A model generated the notes under the pieces. That model made no database searches and had not been told where the DNA came from. It was given only the letters and a program-made list of their open reading frames with translations. The position numbers and the translations under genes were made by a program. 64,000 nucleotides of DNA from a virus, in the IMG/VR virus record IMGVR_UViG_3300016471_001035, positions 75,595 to 139,594 of that record; one strand, written 5' to 3'. Of the stretch, positions 9,253 to 17,465 are shown one piece after another. The first letter of the stretch is position 1. Each line of letters opens with the position of its first letter.

Positions 9253-9461
9253 GCAATATTGTTAATGCTTCTGTAACTTTAGATAAGAAGAAATGTACAG
9301 ATAAAGTTTATTTTGATAAAGCCTACAAAAGGTTTGCAAGAGAATTTTTAAGGTCGGGTGTGTTAGAGGATTTAAGATTTAAAAGGTGTTATTATAAACC
9401 AAGCGTGTTGCGTAAGTTAAAAAAGCAAGTTGCAAGACAGAAGTGGAAGTTTTACAATTGA
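9249..9461 (+). CDS. rpsU: Phage-encoded 30S ribosomal protein bS21
   Basis: 70 aa, basic; FDKAYKRFAREFLRSGVLEDLRFKRCYYKPSVLRKLKK matches the bS21 pattern ALRRFKR..G...E.R.R.FYEKPS..RK. Confidence 0.85.
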   Translation: MSNIVNASVTLDKKKCTDKVYFDKAYKRFAREFLRSGVLEDLRFKRCYYKPSVLRKLKKQVARQKWKFYN

Positions 9462-10099
9462 TTACCGAGTTTGAAAAGCACATTTATAATTCTTATTTAA
9501 AAGTCACTAGATCAAATAGTGAACTACCTTACAAACTTAGAAAAAATTTTGAAAAAGTTGACGATAAGCTTTATGTAGCCTTAAAAAAGCTTTCTTCTTT
9601 TTTTAAGAGATACCCCCATATAAAAATAGAGGATTTTTTTCGCGCGCCTTATTCTCTTTACCCTGACGAAAAATATTTTCCAATAGAATATTTTTATTCA
9701 CTTAAAGCTATAAAGTCCTATACTTTGTTTAATAAGCAACAGACAAATCTTGATCCGGATAGCGATGAACAGCTTAATAGCATTAAAAATTCATTAATTT
9801 TTATAAAAAGTTTTTGTAGAGATAATAATTTAAATGTAGAAAATTATATTTTTCACAAAACAAAAAATGAATATTCATTTATTTTGCACTTAAAAGAACA
9901 TAATGTCAACGTATATACTTTATTAGGATTTAATAACTTTGAGAAAATTCTTAGAGGCTGTAACCCCGATATTACAAAATTTATTATTGGTGAGGATATA
10001 TACAACAACATCCAGGTATTTAGAACACGTCTTTATAATTCAAAAAAAGCAAGTAAAGTTGTCGAATATGGACTTAAAAAAATATTAGAAAAAGCTTGA
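9443..10099 (+). CDS. Hypothetical protein, possibly gp59-like helicase loader
   Basis: Basic, aromatic-rich, about 215 aa, directly upstream of gp32 as gp59 is in T4; function from synteny only. Confidence 0.45.
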   Translation: MEVLQLITEFEKHIYNSYLKVTRSNSELPYKLRKNFEKVDDKLYVALKKLSSFFKRYPHIKIEDFFRAPYSLYPDEKYFPIEYFYSLKAIKSYTLFNKQQTNLDPDSDEQLNSIKNSLIFIKSFCRDNNLNVENYIFHKTKNEYSFILHLKEHNVNVYTLLGFNNFEKILRGCNPDITKFIIGEDIYNNIQVFRTRLYNSKKASKVVEYGLKKILEKA

Positions 10100-10123
10100 T
10101 TAAGCAAATAAAGTTATTATTAT
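10096..10123 (+). promoter_or_regulatory. Sigma70-type promoter, start codon at predicted +1
   Basis: TTGATT-N16-TATTAT-N6-ATG(10130). Confidence 0.7.
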
Positions 10124-10129
10124 TATTCT

Positions 10130-10984
10130 ATGAGTACATTTACCACATCGATGTTTGAAAGTATTAAGGGCGCTTTGACGAAAAATAACGAATCTACTGC
10201 TTCGAAGGTTAAAGACTATCTTCGCTGTGAAGCCGGCAACACATATACAGTTAGACTTATTCCTAATGTAAAAGACCCATCTAAGACGTTTTTTCACTAT
10301 TATTCATACGGCTGGAATAGTTTTGCTACTGGTGAGCTTATTACTGCAGTAAGCCCTACTACATGGAATCAGCGTGATCCTATTGCTGAAGAAAGGTATC
10401 GTATTTTGAGAACAGGTACAGAGAAAGAGAAGGAAAAGGCTTTGGCTATTAAGCGTAGAGAAAATTGGTTAGTTAATGTTTATATTATTAACGATCCCGT
10501 AAACTCTGATAATAATGGGAAGGTAAAGCTCTTACGTTTTGGTCGCCAGCTACATAAAATTATTATGGATGCTATTGAAGGTGAAGAAGCCGCAGAGCTT
10601 GGTCCTCGTATATTTGACCTATCTCCTAAAGGCTGTAACCTTAGAATTAAAGTTGAGAAGCAGGGTGACTACCCCACATACGTTTCATCTAAGTTTTCTA
10701 CTCCTAAGGAAATAGAGGGGTTGGACGAAGATGATTATAAGAAAGTTTATAACAGCTCATTTGATCTTGAGTCATATGTTAGTGTTAAGAGCTACGAAGA
10801 GCTTAAAAATCTACTTGATGCGCATTACTATGGCACCAAGGATGTTGAAGAGGACGGCGCTGTTACTGCTGAAGTTAAAGCACCTAAGCCTTCAGTTAAT
10901 GTAACTATTAATTCTAAGAAGGCTGAGACGAAAGAGACTACAGCCGACGATCAGCAAATAGACGAATTACTTAAAGATCTATAA
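10130..10984 (+). CDS. gp32: Single-stranded DNA-binding protein (T4 gp32-like)
   Basis: VRLIP, NVYIINDP..NNGKVKLLRFG, IFDL..GCNLRIK, YPTY.SSKF, acidic tail IDELLKDL. Confidence 0.92.
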   Translation: MSTFTTSMFESIKGALTKNNESTASKVKDYLRCEAGNTYTVRLIPNVKDPSKTFFHYYSYGWNSFATGELITAVSPTTWNQRDPIAEERYRILRTGTEKEKEKALAIKRRENWLVNVYIINDPVNSDNNGKVKLLRFGRQLHKIIMDAIEGEEAAELGPRIFDLSPKGCNLRIKVEKQGDYPTYVSSKFSTPKEIEGLDEDDYKKVYNSSFDLESYVSVKSYEELKNLLDAHYYGTKDVEEDGAVTAEVKAPKPSVNVTINSKKAETKETTADDQQIDELLKDL

Positions 10985-11382
10985 TGGAAGATACTTTTAG
11001 AGAGTTAACTCCAGAAGAAATTAAACTGGCTACTATCCAGTTTATGGGCCAGCACCTAACTGGAGAAATGAAAGAACTCAATAAAAATATTATCGGCGAA
11101 AGCGCTACACTTAGATCTTTATCCATAGACCCCTTAAAAGTTATTCAAACAATTCCAGGGGATAAACGTCCATATGCTACAACTGTTAATGCTGGGATAA
11201 ATATTGCTCCTAACGCTATTCATCATCCTATTCCAGTACAGCAATCTCAACAACCCACAGTAGATCCTAATCAACTTGAATTTGATTTTGGTAAGTCAAA
11301 TTTAGCAAATTCTATTTTAGATCGGTTAGATTCGTTGAGCTCAAAATTAGATAAAGTTATAGCCTTACTTAAAAAAGATTGA
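10984..11382 (+). CDS. Hypothetical protein
   Basis: 132 aa, TAATG-coupled to gp32; contains DPNQLEFDF. Confidence 0.75.
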   Translation: MEDTFRELTPEEIKLATIQFMGQHLTGEMKELNKNIIGESATLRSLSIDPLKVIQTIPGDKRPYATTVNAGINIAPNAIHHPIPVQQSQQPTVDPNQLEFDFGKSNLANSILDRLDSLSSKLDKVIALLKKD

Positions 11383-11406
11383 TAATTAGTAGTTATATCT
11401 TATTAT
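11379..11406 (+). promoter_or_regulatory. Sigma70-type promoter, start codon at predicted +1
   Basis: TTGATA-N16-TATTAT-N6-GTG(11413). Confidence 0.7.
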
Positions 11407-11412
11407 AAATGT

Positions 11413-12144
11413 GTGAATTTAAGTATAAAAGATAGAGATAACTTTTTAAATAATTTTGTAATTCCGTTAAGTAAGATAACAGACAGCGCAGTTATAAAAA
11501 TTGCTCCAGGCAAGATAACATCTTTAATTTCCACAAGCGATAATACAATTATTGTTAATTCAGAGTATAACGATGATAGTATAAAAGCAGTTAAAACTTT
11601 AAACGTACCTGACTTAAAGAAGCTTTGCAGAGTTATTTCATGTATAGATGAAACAACTTTTAATTTAGATATATCATCAAATTTTATAGGCTACGATTCT
11701 CGTAATGTTAGGTTTAAGTATCATTTGTATGACGATGGCATTATTGCATCACCTAAGCTTAGTATAGATAAACTTAATTCTTTAGAATTTGATGGTAAGT
11801 TCACCCTACCTCTCGCCTCTGTCATAAACCTTATCAAAGGCAGCTCCATAAGCACCGAAACAAATAAGATTTATTTGTCTGTTAAAGACAAGCAGATATT
11901 TGGTGAATTAACAGATAAGACTAGATCTAATATTGATTCATATGGTATTAATATTTCTGATGATTATAGCGGAACTCAGTTTGCAGTTGCTATACCCTTG
12001 AATTTTGAGATATTTAGAATAATTTCTTCTATGAGATTTAAGGAGCTTCAAGCAAACCTAATAACAAAAATGGGCGTATTAACGTTAGACTTAAACTTAG
12101 ATAATTCTAAATTTAAGTTTGTTATTTCTGCTCTAGCCAACTAA
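11413..12144 (+). CDS. gp45: DNA polymerase sliding clamp (T4 gp45-like)
   Basis: 243 aa, two-domain beta-rich pattern, LNVPDLKKL and FKYHLYD resemble gp45 segments; replication context. Confidence 0.7.
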   Translation: MNLSIKDRDNFLNNFVIPLSKITDSAVIKIAPGKITSLISTSDNTIIVNSEYNDDSIKAVKTLNVPDLKKLCRVISCIDETTFNLDISSNFIGYDSRNVRFKYHLYDDGIIASPKLSIDKLNSLEFDGKFTLPLASVINLIKGSSISTETNKIYLSVKDKQIFGELTDKTRSNIDSYGINISDDYSGTQFAVAIPLNFEIFRIISSMRFKELQANLITKMGVLTLDLNLDNSKFKFVISALAN

Positions 12145-12507
12145 ATGAGCAAAAATAAAATTAAAACACCTAGCTATTTTGTAAAGCGTTTAAGAGACAA
12201 CGGCTTTATAGCTATTAAGTTATTTGGGGTATTTGCTAAGCAAGATCCAAGACAATGGGTAGTTCTTGTCAATCCTAGTGAGGCATCGGTTCTTGTTACC
12301 TGTTATTTAAACAAGGATAATCTCAATGAAGTTCTATTTGAATTTAATGACGGTGATAGACATATACCTAGAAATTTTTCTATTAAAACTGATTCTATTG
12401 AAGTAATTATAGACTATTTGCTTAGACACGGTGTTTCTAATAATAAAGATTACCCAGGCCGCGATAGATATTTGTCAAAAAGATTAAATACTTATGATGA
12501 AAAATAA
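12145..12507 (+). CDS. Hypothetical protein
   Basis: 120-aa ORF abutting the clamp gene. Confidence 0.75.
   Translation: MSKNKIKTPSYFVKRLRDNGFIAIKLFGVFAKQDPRQWVVLVNPSEASVLVTCYLNKDNLNEVLFEFNDGDRHIPRNFSIKTDSIEVIIDYLLRHGVSNNKDYPGRDRYLSKRLNTYDEK
12485..12490 (+). promoter_or_regulatory. T4-type late promoter core
   Basis: TAAATA-N6-ATG(12497). Confidence 0.5.
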
Positions 12508-12820
12508 AAATTCATCCAAGGGTAAAGATCAGAATAAAAGCTTTAATCCTAATGAAAATAAAGAAATCAAAGAGCTTACTCATAAAGCACTTTTATCATT
12601 TCTTCGTGATCAAATTAGTGAAAAAAACTCTAATAAAAAAGATATAGAAGCGCTAAATGCTCAAATATTAGAATTTTTAAATTGCTTTATTTTAATTGGA
12701 TATAACTTTAATGGCGAGCCAATATCTATGATATCTGCGCACAACCAGCAAGAAGCAGATTCTCTGGGCACACTTATTAATAAGTTTATATTTAATTCAT
12801 CTAAAGACTCTGGAGAATAG
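12497..12820 (+). CDS. Hypothetical protein
   Basis: ORF; second ATG (12497) preferred over 12494 from promoter spacing. Confidence 0.7.
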   Translation: MKNKNSSKGKDQNKSFNPNENKEIKELTHKALLSFLRDQISEKNSNKKDIEALNAQILEFLNCFILIGYNFNGEPISMISAHNQQEADSLGTLINKFIFNSSKDSGE

Positions 12821-12838
12821 TTAGTTTGTTAATATAAT
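12811..12838 (+). promoter_or_regulatory. Sigma70-type promoter with weak -35
   Basis: TGGAGA-N16-TATAAT-N5-GTG(12844). Confidence 0.5.
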
Positions 12839-12843
12839 ATTTT

Positions 12844-13680
12844 GTGGTAAAAGTATTAATACTTGGCAAAGGATTTATAGGTAATAAACTTGCAAAATAC
12901 TTGCAAGAAAATAATGTTGATATTTTTCATATAGCACAAAATGAAATAGATTACACTCGCCATACCACTTTAAGCATGCTCTTAAGAGAATATAATTTTT
13001 CTCATGTAGTTAATTGCTGCGGTTATACAGGCAAGCCTAATGTTGATGGCTGTGAAAATAATAAGGAAGATTGCTGGAAGTATAATGTAACAGTTGCTTC
13101 TTACATAGACAGGCTATGTCATTGCTATGGAAGAAAGATTATACATATTTCAAGCGGTTGTATATACACAGGCTACGAAAAAGAATTTACAGAAACAGAC
13201 GTCCCAAACTTCGGTCTTTTTAATCCCAACTCTAGCTTTTATTCTAAGAGCAAACACGCATTAGAATCAGTAGTCAATACAAATTTTTCTACTGTTTTTA
13301 GAATAAGAATGCCATTTACAAATCTGAAAGAAGATAAAAATTATATTTATAAAATATTGAAATATGATAATCTTTTGAGTATGCCAAACAGTCTTACAAG
13401 TGTAACAGACCTCTGTAGTGTAGTTCAGCAATTTATAGAGGAGCATAGGCCTGGAATTTTTAATGTTGTCAATCCGCAACCGGCTGAAGCTAAGGAGATT
13501 GTCACTCTTCTAAAAAAATATAACCATATTAATCCTAATTGGAAGTTCGTAGAATATAAGGATCTTGACATCATAGCTAATAGATCTAATTGTATTTTAA
13601 GCTCTGATAAACTTAAGACTATAGGCCTATGTTTACCTGATACATTCGAATCTCTAGAGAAATGTATAAAGGAGTTATGA
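12844..13680 (+). CDS. NDP-4-keto-6-deoxysugar 3,5-epimerase/4-reductase (RmlD/UER1-like SDR)
   Basis: GKGFIG Rossmann motif, GYTGKPNVDGCE, SSGCIY, catalytic YSKSK, RIRMP. Confidence 0.85.
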   Translation: MVKVLILGKGFIGNKLAKYLQENNVDIFHIAQNEIDYTRHTTLSMLLREYNFSHVVNCCGYTGKPNVDGCENNKEDCWKYNVTVASYIDRLCHCYGRKIIHISSGCIYTGYEKEFTETDVPNFGLFNPNSSFYSKSKHALESVVNTNFSTVFRIRMPFTNLKEDKNYIYKILKYDNLLSMPNSLTSVTDLCSVVQQFIEEHRPGIFNVVNPQPAEAKEIVTLLKKYNHINPNWKFVEYKDLDIIANRSNCILSSDKLKTIGLCLPDTFESLEKCIKEL

Positions 13681-13970
13681 AATTTTCATTTTTAAATAAG
13701 CACCCCAAAAAGCGTATTATATATGCTATTACTGGGGGCTATTATTTAGGCGAATTATTTGTTTTTATGGAAAAGACAGATGAAAAATATATATTTCTCT
13801 CCCTACCTGAAATGCACATTAGAGAGGTGCCAATCGATAAATTTGAGTTTGGATTGAACCAAAACATTATAGATATAGTTAAAAAAATACCAAATTTTGT
13901 TTATAAAGTATGTAAAGCGCAATATACCAAAAATAAAACACGTGACTTACAGTCTTTAAAGGATAAATAG
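13677..13970 (+). CDS. Hypothetical protein
   Basis: Start probably ATG 13677 (ATGA overlap with upstream stop) rather than 13662. Confidence 0.7.
   Translation: MKFSFLNKHPKKRIIYAITGGYYLGELFVFMEKTDEKYIFLSLPEMHIREVPIDKFEFGLNQNIIDIVKKIPNFVYKVCKAQYTKNKTRDLQSLKDK
13964..13969 (+). promoter_or_regulatory. T4-type late promoter core
   Basis: TAAATA-N5-ATG(13975). Confidence 0.6.
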
Positions 13971-13974
13971 TTAT

Positions 13975-14163
13975 ATGGATTTTATTTCACCAAAACCAAT
14001 CGTGTCCCCTATTAGCGGTCAAGTAGTAAGACCGGTCTTAAAAACGTATGTTCGTGAAGGCAAAGAAATTGTAGAAGCTGAATATATCGACCCAGCTAGT
14101 GGTTCTTTTATCCGTAAAGGTATTGTTTCTGTAAGAGATTTAAAGAAACCCTCCGAAAAATAA
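13975..14163 (+). CDS. Small hypothetical protein
   Basis: 62 aa; SPISG...DPASG resembles a cysteine-free ribbon; own late motif. Confidence 0.7.
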   Translation: MDFISPKPIVSPISGQVVRPVLKTYVREGKEIVEAEYIDPASGSFIRKGIVSVRDLKKPSEK

Positions 14164-14165
14164 TC

Positions 14166-14193
14166 TTGTAAGTTAGTTGTTTTGTACTATAAT
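14166..14193 (+). promoter_or_regulatory. Sigma70-type promoter, start codon at predicted +1
   Basis: TTGTAA-N16-TATAAT-N6-GTG(14200). Confidence 0.75.
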
Positions 14194-14199
14194 TAAAAT

Positions 14200-15237
14200 G
14201 TGTTAATACCGACCGAATATATACTGCAAAAATTTTATCAGTACGCTGGCTATCCTCAATATAAAAAGAGTAGCAACACTTATATTGCAGGGTGCCCTAT
14301 ATGCAGAGAAGGAAAATCGTGGGGTAAAAAAAGAAGATGCATTTTTATTGTTGAAGACAATGCTATATGCTGTCATAATTGTGGTTGGTATAGTGATGCG
14401 GTAAAATGGATTTGCGAGGTATCGGGGCTAAATTTTTCTGAAGTACTTAATGAATCTAAAAATTTTGATATCTTACCATTAAACGCATATACTGACGAAA
14501 CTAAACAGGAAAAGCCTAAACCAACACATACACTCCCTACCGACTGTATAAATTTATTTGATAATAATCAAATTGAATTTTATAAAGATAATAAGATTGT
14601 TAATGACGCTCTTTCTATTGTTATTAATAGAAGACTAGATAGAGCAGTTAATAGACCAGATACATTGTATGTTACCTGTAAAGATAAAATTCATAAAAAC
14701 AGAATTGTAATACCTTTTTATGACGATAATAATAATAATATTATTTTTTATCAAACAAGGCTTATTTATAAAAACGATGAAAAGCTGTATCCTAAGTATC
14801 TAAGCAAGGTAAATGGAGAGAAATCCCTATACAATATCAATAAAATAGATCCGCAATTAGAATATATTTTTATTTTTGAAGGCCCTATCGATTCTTTTTT
14901 CGTAAAAAACGGTACTGCTGTTGCAGGTATTCAAGAGAATAGTAGCAATACATTTTCAACACTCCAGGAACAACAACTCATACCTTTTAAGTTTTTTAAA
15001 AAGATATGGGTGTTAGACAGCCAGTGGGCTGATACAGCAAGTAGAAATAAGACGAGTAAGTTAATTGAAAATGAAGAAACTGTTTTTATATGGCCAGAGG
15101 ATTTAGGTAAAAAATATAAAGATATAAATGAGTACTGTGTTAGTAATAAATTAGACAGTATTGATCCAGAGTTTTTAATTAATAATTCTTATTCAGGAAT
15201 TAAAGCCAAGCTTTTAATGTCTATTATCTGTCGTTAG
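14200..15237 (+). CDS. gp61: DNA primase (T4 gp61-like)
   Basis: Zn ribbon CPIC...CHNCG, RIVIPFY, TOPRIM FEGPIDS, KDINE. Confidence 0.93.
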   Translation: MLIPTEYILQKFYQYAGYPQYKKSSNTYIAGCPICREGKSWGKKRRCIFIVEDNAICCHNCGWYSDAVKWICEVSGLNFSEVLNESKNFDILPLNAYTDETKQEKPKPTHTLPTDCINLFDNNQIEFYKDNKIVNDALSIVINRRLDRAVNRPDTLYVTCKDKIHKNRIVIPFYDDNNNNIIFYQTRLIYKNDEKLYPKYLSKVNGEKSLYNINKIDPQLEYIFIFEGPIDSFFVKNGTAVAGIQENSSNTFSTLQEQQLIPFKFFKKIWVLDSQWADTASRNKTSKLIENEETVFIWPEDLGKKYKDINEYCVSNKLDSIDPEFLINNSYSGIKAKLLMSIICR

Positions 15238-15631
15238 CAGAAATTAAATAGCCTTTAAGAGATTCGCTCAAAGAACTAAGCTCTGCTGCTAGTCTTGCTA
15301 TTTTCTTTTTCTCGCTTCTAGCAATATCTTCAAAAATAGAATCACAAGCTGCTGTGTGAAGCTGTACCTGCATGCTGCTAGCATCTGTACTATTTAAAAA
15401 CTTAATAAACTCATCTATTTGAGTAATCCAGCCTTTAAGCTTGGAAATCTGCTCTGCTTTTTTATGATCTTGTACTTGCTCTCTTCCTCCCTGAACGTCA
15501 AAATCTTCAGGCTTAGCAGTATCAAGCGTAGATGCCATAGCTTCTTTATCGGTTTGAGGAGCTACAGCTGGAGCAGGTTCCGTCTCATCAGCTTCTAATA
15601 ATGTGGTAAACTTACTAACAAAAGAACTCAT
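15224..15631 (-). CDS. Hypothetical late protein, candidate internal head protein
   Basis: 135 aa, N-terminal LLEAD, TAAATA-N5 upstream. Confidence 0.7.
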   Translation of the reverse strand: MSSFVSKFTTLLEADETEPAPAVAPQTDKEAMASTLDTAKPEDFDVQGGREQVQDHKKAEQISKLKGWITQIDEFIKFLNSTDASSMQVQLHTAACDSIFEDIARSEKKKIARLAAELSSLSESLKGYLISANDR

Positions 15632-15636
15632 ATTAT

Positions 15637-15656
15637 TATTTATTATTGAATAAATA
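15637..15656. promoter_or_regulatory. Back-to-back divergent late promoters
   Basis: Minus TAAATA (15637-15642)-N5-ATG(15631); plus TAAATA (15651-15656)-N5-GTG(15662). Confidence 0.7.
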
Positions 15657-15661
15657 TTTTT

Positions 15662-16048
15662 GTGAGAAAAAAGTTAGTTTTTGAAGATATTTTAAATTAC
15701 AATAAATGGGTTTCTGGTATTGCTTCAAGAGAGCTTGCCTCACAAAGAGTTAGCTTAAGAGATTTATTTAACAACCCTTATGTCGATCAAAATCCTAATG
15801 ATGCTAGAGCAGAGCCAGTTATGCCATATCCATTGCAAAGCGTGGTACCGCAGATAGGGGACCTTTACATTTATGCATGTAATACTAAAGATTTGTTTAA
15901 ATCATCATTATCAAATCCTCTTGTTGCAAAAAATAAAATTGCCAAAGAAACTGTATTAGATATTGTAAGTAAATTAGATGCTGTTATTGACATTATTAAA
16001 GGTATAATTGAACAAGCCAATAAACCGGTTGCAAAAAAAGTTAAATAA
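15662..16048 (+). CDS. Hypothetical late protein
   Basis: 128 aa, N-terminal LVFED. Confidence 0.7.
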   Translation: MRKKLVFEDILNYNKWVSGIASRELASQRVSLRDLFNNPYVDQNPNDARAEPVMPYPLQSVVPQIGDLYIYACNTKDLFKSSLSNPLVAKNKIAKETVLDIVSKLDAVIDIIKGIIEQANKPVAKKVK

Positions 16049-16056
16049 GTTATAAT
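16029..16056 (+). promoter_or_regulatory. Sigma70-type promoter, start codon at predicted +1
   Basis: TTGCAA-N16-TATAAT-N6-ATG(16063). Confidence 0.75.
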
Positions 16057-16062
16057 ATATTG

Positions 16063-16512
16063 ATGGTAAAGAAAGTAATATCACAATTACTACCTCTTTT
16101 AGGCGTTGCAACGCTTACAAGTTTTTTGCTAGCAACCTGGGGCGTTAATTATTTTATTGGTGCCTTAGTTGGCATTTTAATTCAATTTGTTGCCTTTTAT
16201 TCATTCAAAAGCATTCTTATAGCAGTTGTTGCTTTGAGAAATAAAAAACTAGATAATGAGAGAATAAAAGAATTATCTTACCAAGGACTAGAGGTGGTCT
16301 GCCCTTGTTTTAAACAAATTAAGGAATTTGTTCCAATAAAGCTAAATATAGCAAACTACTATAAATGCAGTGAATGTAAAAAAACTATTGGAGTCGTAAT
16401 TACACCGGAAACTGCAATTGTAACAGAGCCCGCTGATTCAAGCCAAGAAGCAGTAAATAAACTGCTAGCACAAGGCATTCTGAATGTATCTAAACCAAAT
16501 GCAAATACCTAA
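16063..16512 (+). CDS. Membrane protein with C-terminal putative Zn ribbon
   Basis: Two hydrophobic N-terminal segments, then CPC...CSEC; ATG 16063 preferred over TTG 16060. Confidence 0.7.
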   Translation: MVKKVISQLLPLLGVATLTSFLLATWGVNYFIGALVGILIQFVAFYSFKSILIAVVALRNKKLDNERIKELSYQGLEVVCPCFKQIKEFVPIKLNIANYYKCSECKKTIGVVITPETAIVTEPADSSQEAVNKLLAQGILNVSKPNANT

Positions 16513-16972
16513 TAGCATAAACAATCTTACTGCTGATAAAGCAGCTGATGTATTCTTATCAAATACAAAGCTTCCAGAGATACCTTTAGATGAAATAGTT
16601 CTTGCAATTAAGAGGTCATTACCGGTAAAAGAACTTGAGTCTTTTGAATTAGGGCTAGCTTACTTTAAAAAGGATGTAGAGATAGATAAAGCTATTATTA
16701 AAAATATTTTATCTTTAATAAACGAGTCTTTAACTAGAGCTGTAAATGATAGTCAAATTGATATTGAAATAAGGCACTTAATTAACTCACAACTCAAGAC
16801 AGCAATGGAAAGTATGTCTTATAATTTTGACTCTTTTTATAATATATTAAATATTTTAAATAAACAAAAGAATTTACTTGACGTTAAGAACTTTATCCTG
16901 ATAATAATAGGATATGCCATCAGTCTTCTCAAAAAAATACATAACAATACAAACAAGCAAAACAACTCATAA
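16484..16972 (+). CDS. Hypothetical protein
   Basis: Helical ORF; start uncertain (16484 or 16499). Confidence 0.65.
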   Translation: MYLNQMQIPNSINNLTADKAADVFLSNTKLPEIPLDEIVLAIKRSLPVKELESFELGLAYFKKDVEIDKAIIKNILSLINESLTRAVNDSQIDIEIRHLINSQLKTAMESMSYNFDSFYNILNILNKQKNLLDVKNFILIIIGYAISLLKKIHNNTNKQNNS

Positions 16973-17222
16973 ATTTAAGGCTGAAGAATATGCCAGGTGG
17001 CTTTGTTTAATAGAAGCTTTAGATATTGTTACTCGCGGTGCAGATAGATTTAAAGTCGATCTAAATAACAAAGATATTGATTGGATTAAGCCTCTGTCTT
17101 TTCAAAAATATGTGGCCGAGCGCTTTGAATCAATGATTGATGAGGTGTCGATGAACGAAGGTGTAAAGATAAATATTAAAAAATTACCATGCATTACATC
17201 GTCGGAACCAGTTTTAGAGTAA
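16914..17222 (+). CDS. Hypothetical protein
   Basis: 102-aa ORF; TTGACG-N16-GATAAT lies upstream. Confidence 0.65.
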   Translation: MPSVFSKKYITIQTSKTTHKFKAEEYARWLCLIEALDIVTRGADRFKVDLNNKDIDWIKPLSFQKYVAERFESMIDEVSMNEGVKINIKKLPCITSSEPVLE

Positions 17223-17464
17223 CACCTAATCCCAAAGCTTTAATTAGGGACAAAAGATTCGAACCACAGCAAATCTATACTTTAATTCATATAGTTAAAA
17301 GAGATAATAAAGTCACATATACTTTTTTAGGTAATGGAAAAAAAATATTAGTAGACTTTAATAGTTGTAGAGAAGGCGATCAGTTTATTTCAAAATTTAG
17401 AAATGAAAATTTACCTAATTACGAGGCCCAATTATCCCCTGTAACAGATAATATAGCAGATTAA
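17189..17464 (+). CDS. Hypothetical protein
   Basis: 91-aa ORF, last of the plus-strand run. Confidence 0.65.
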   Translation: MHYIVGTSFRVTPNPKALIRDKRFEPQQIYTLIHIVKRDNKVTYTFLGNGKKILVDFNSCREGDQFISKFRNENLPNYEAQLSPVTDNIAD

Positions 17465-17465
17465 G

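Noticed and set aside
14728-14739. (AAT)4 run in primase as a phase-variable site
   Set aside because: Short, in-frame and expected in AT-rich DNA.
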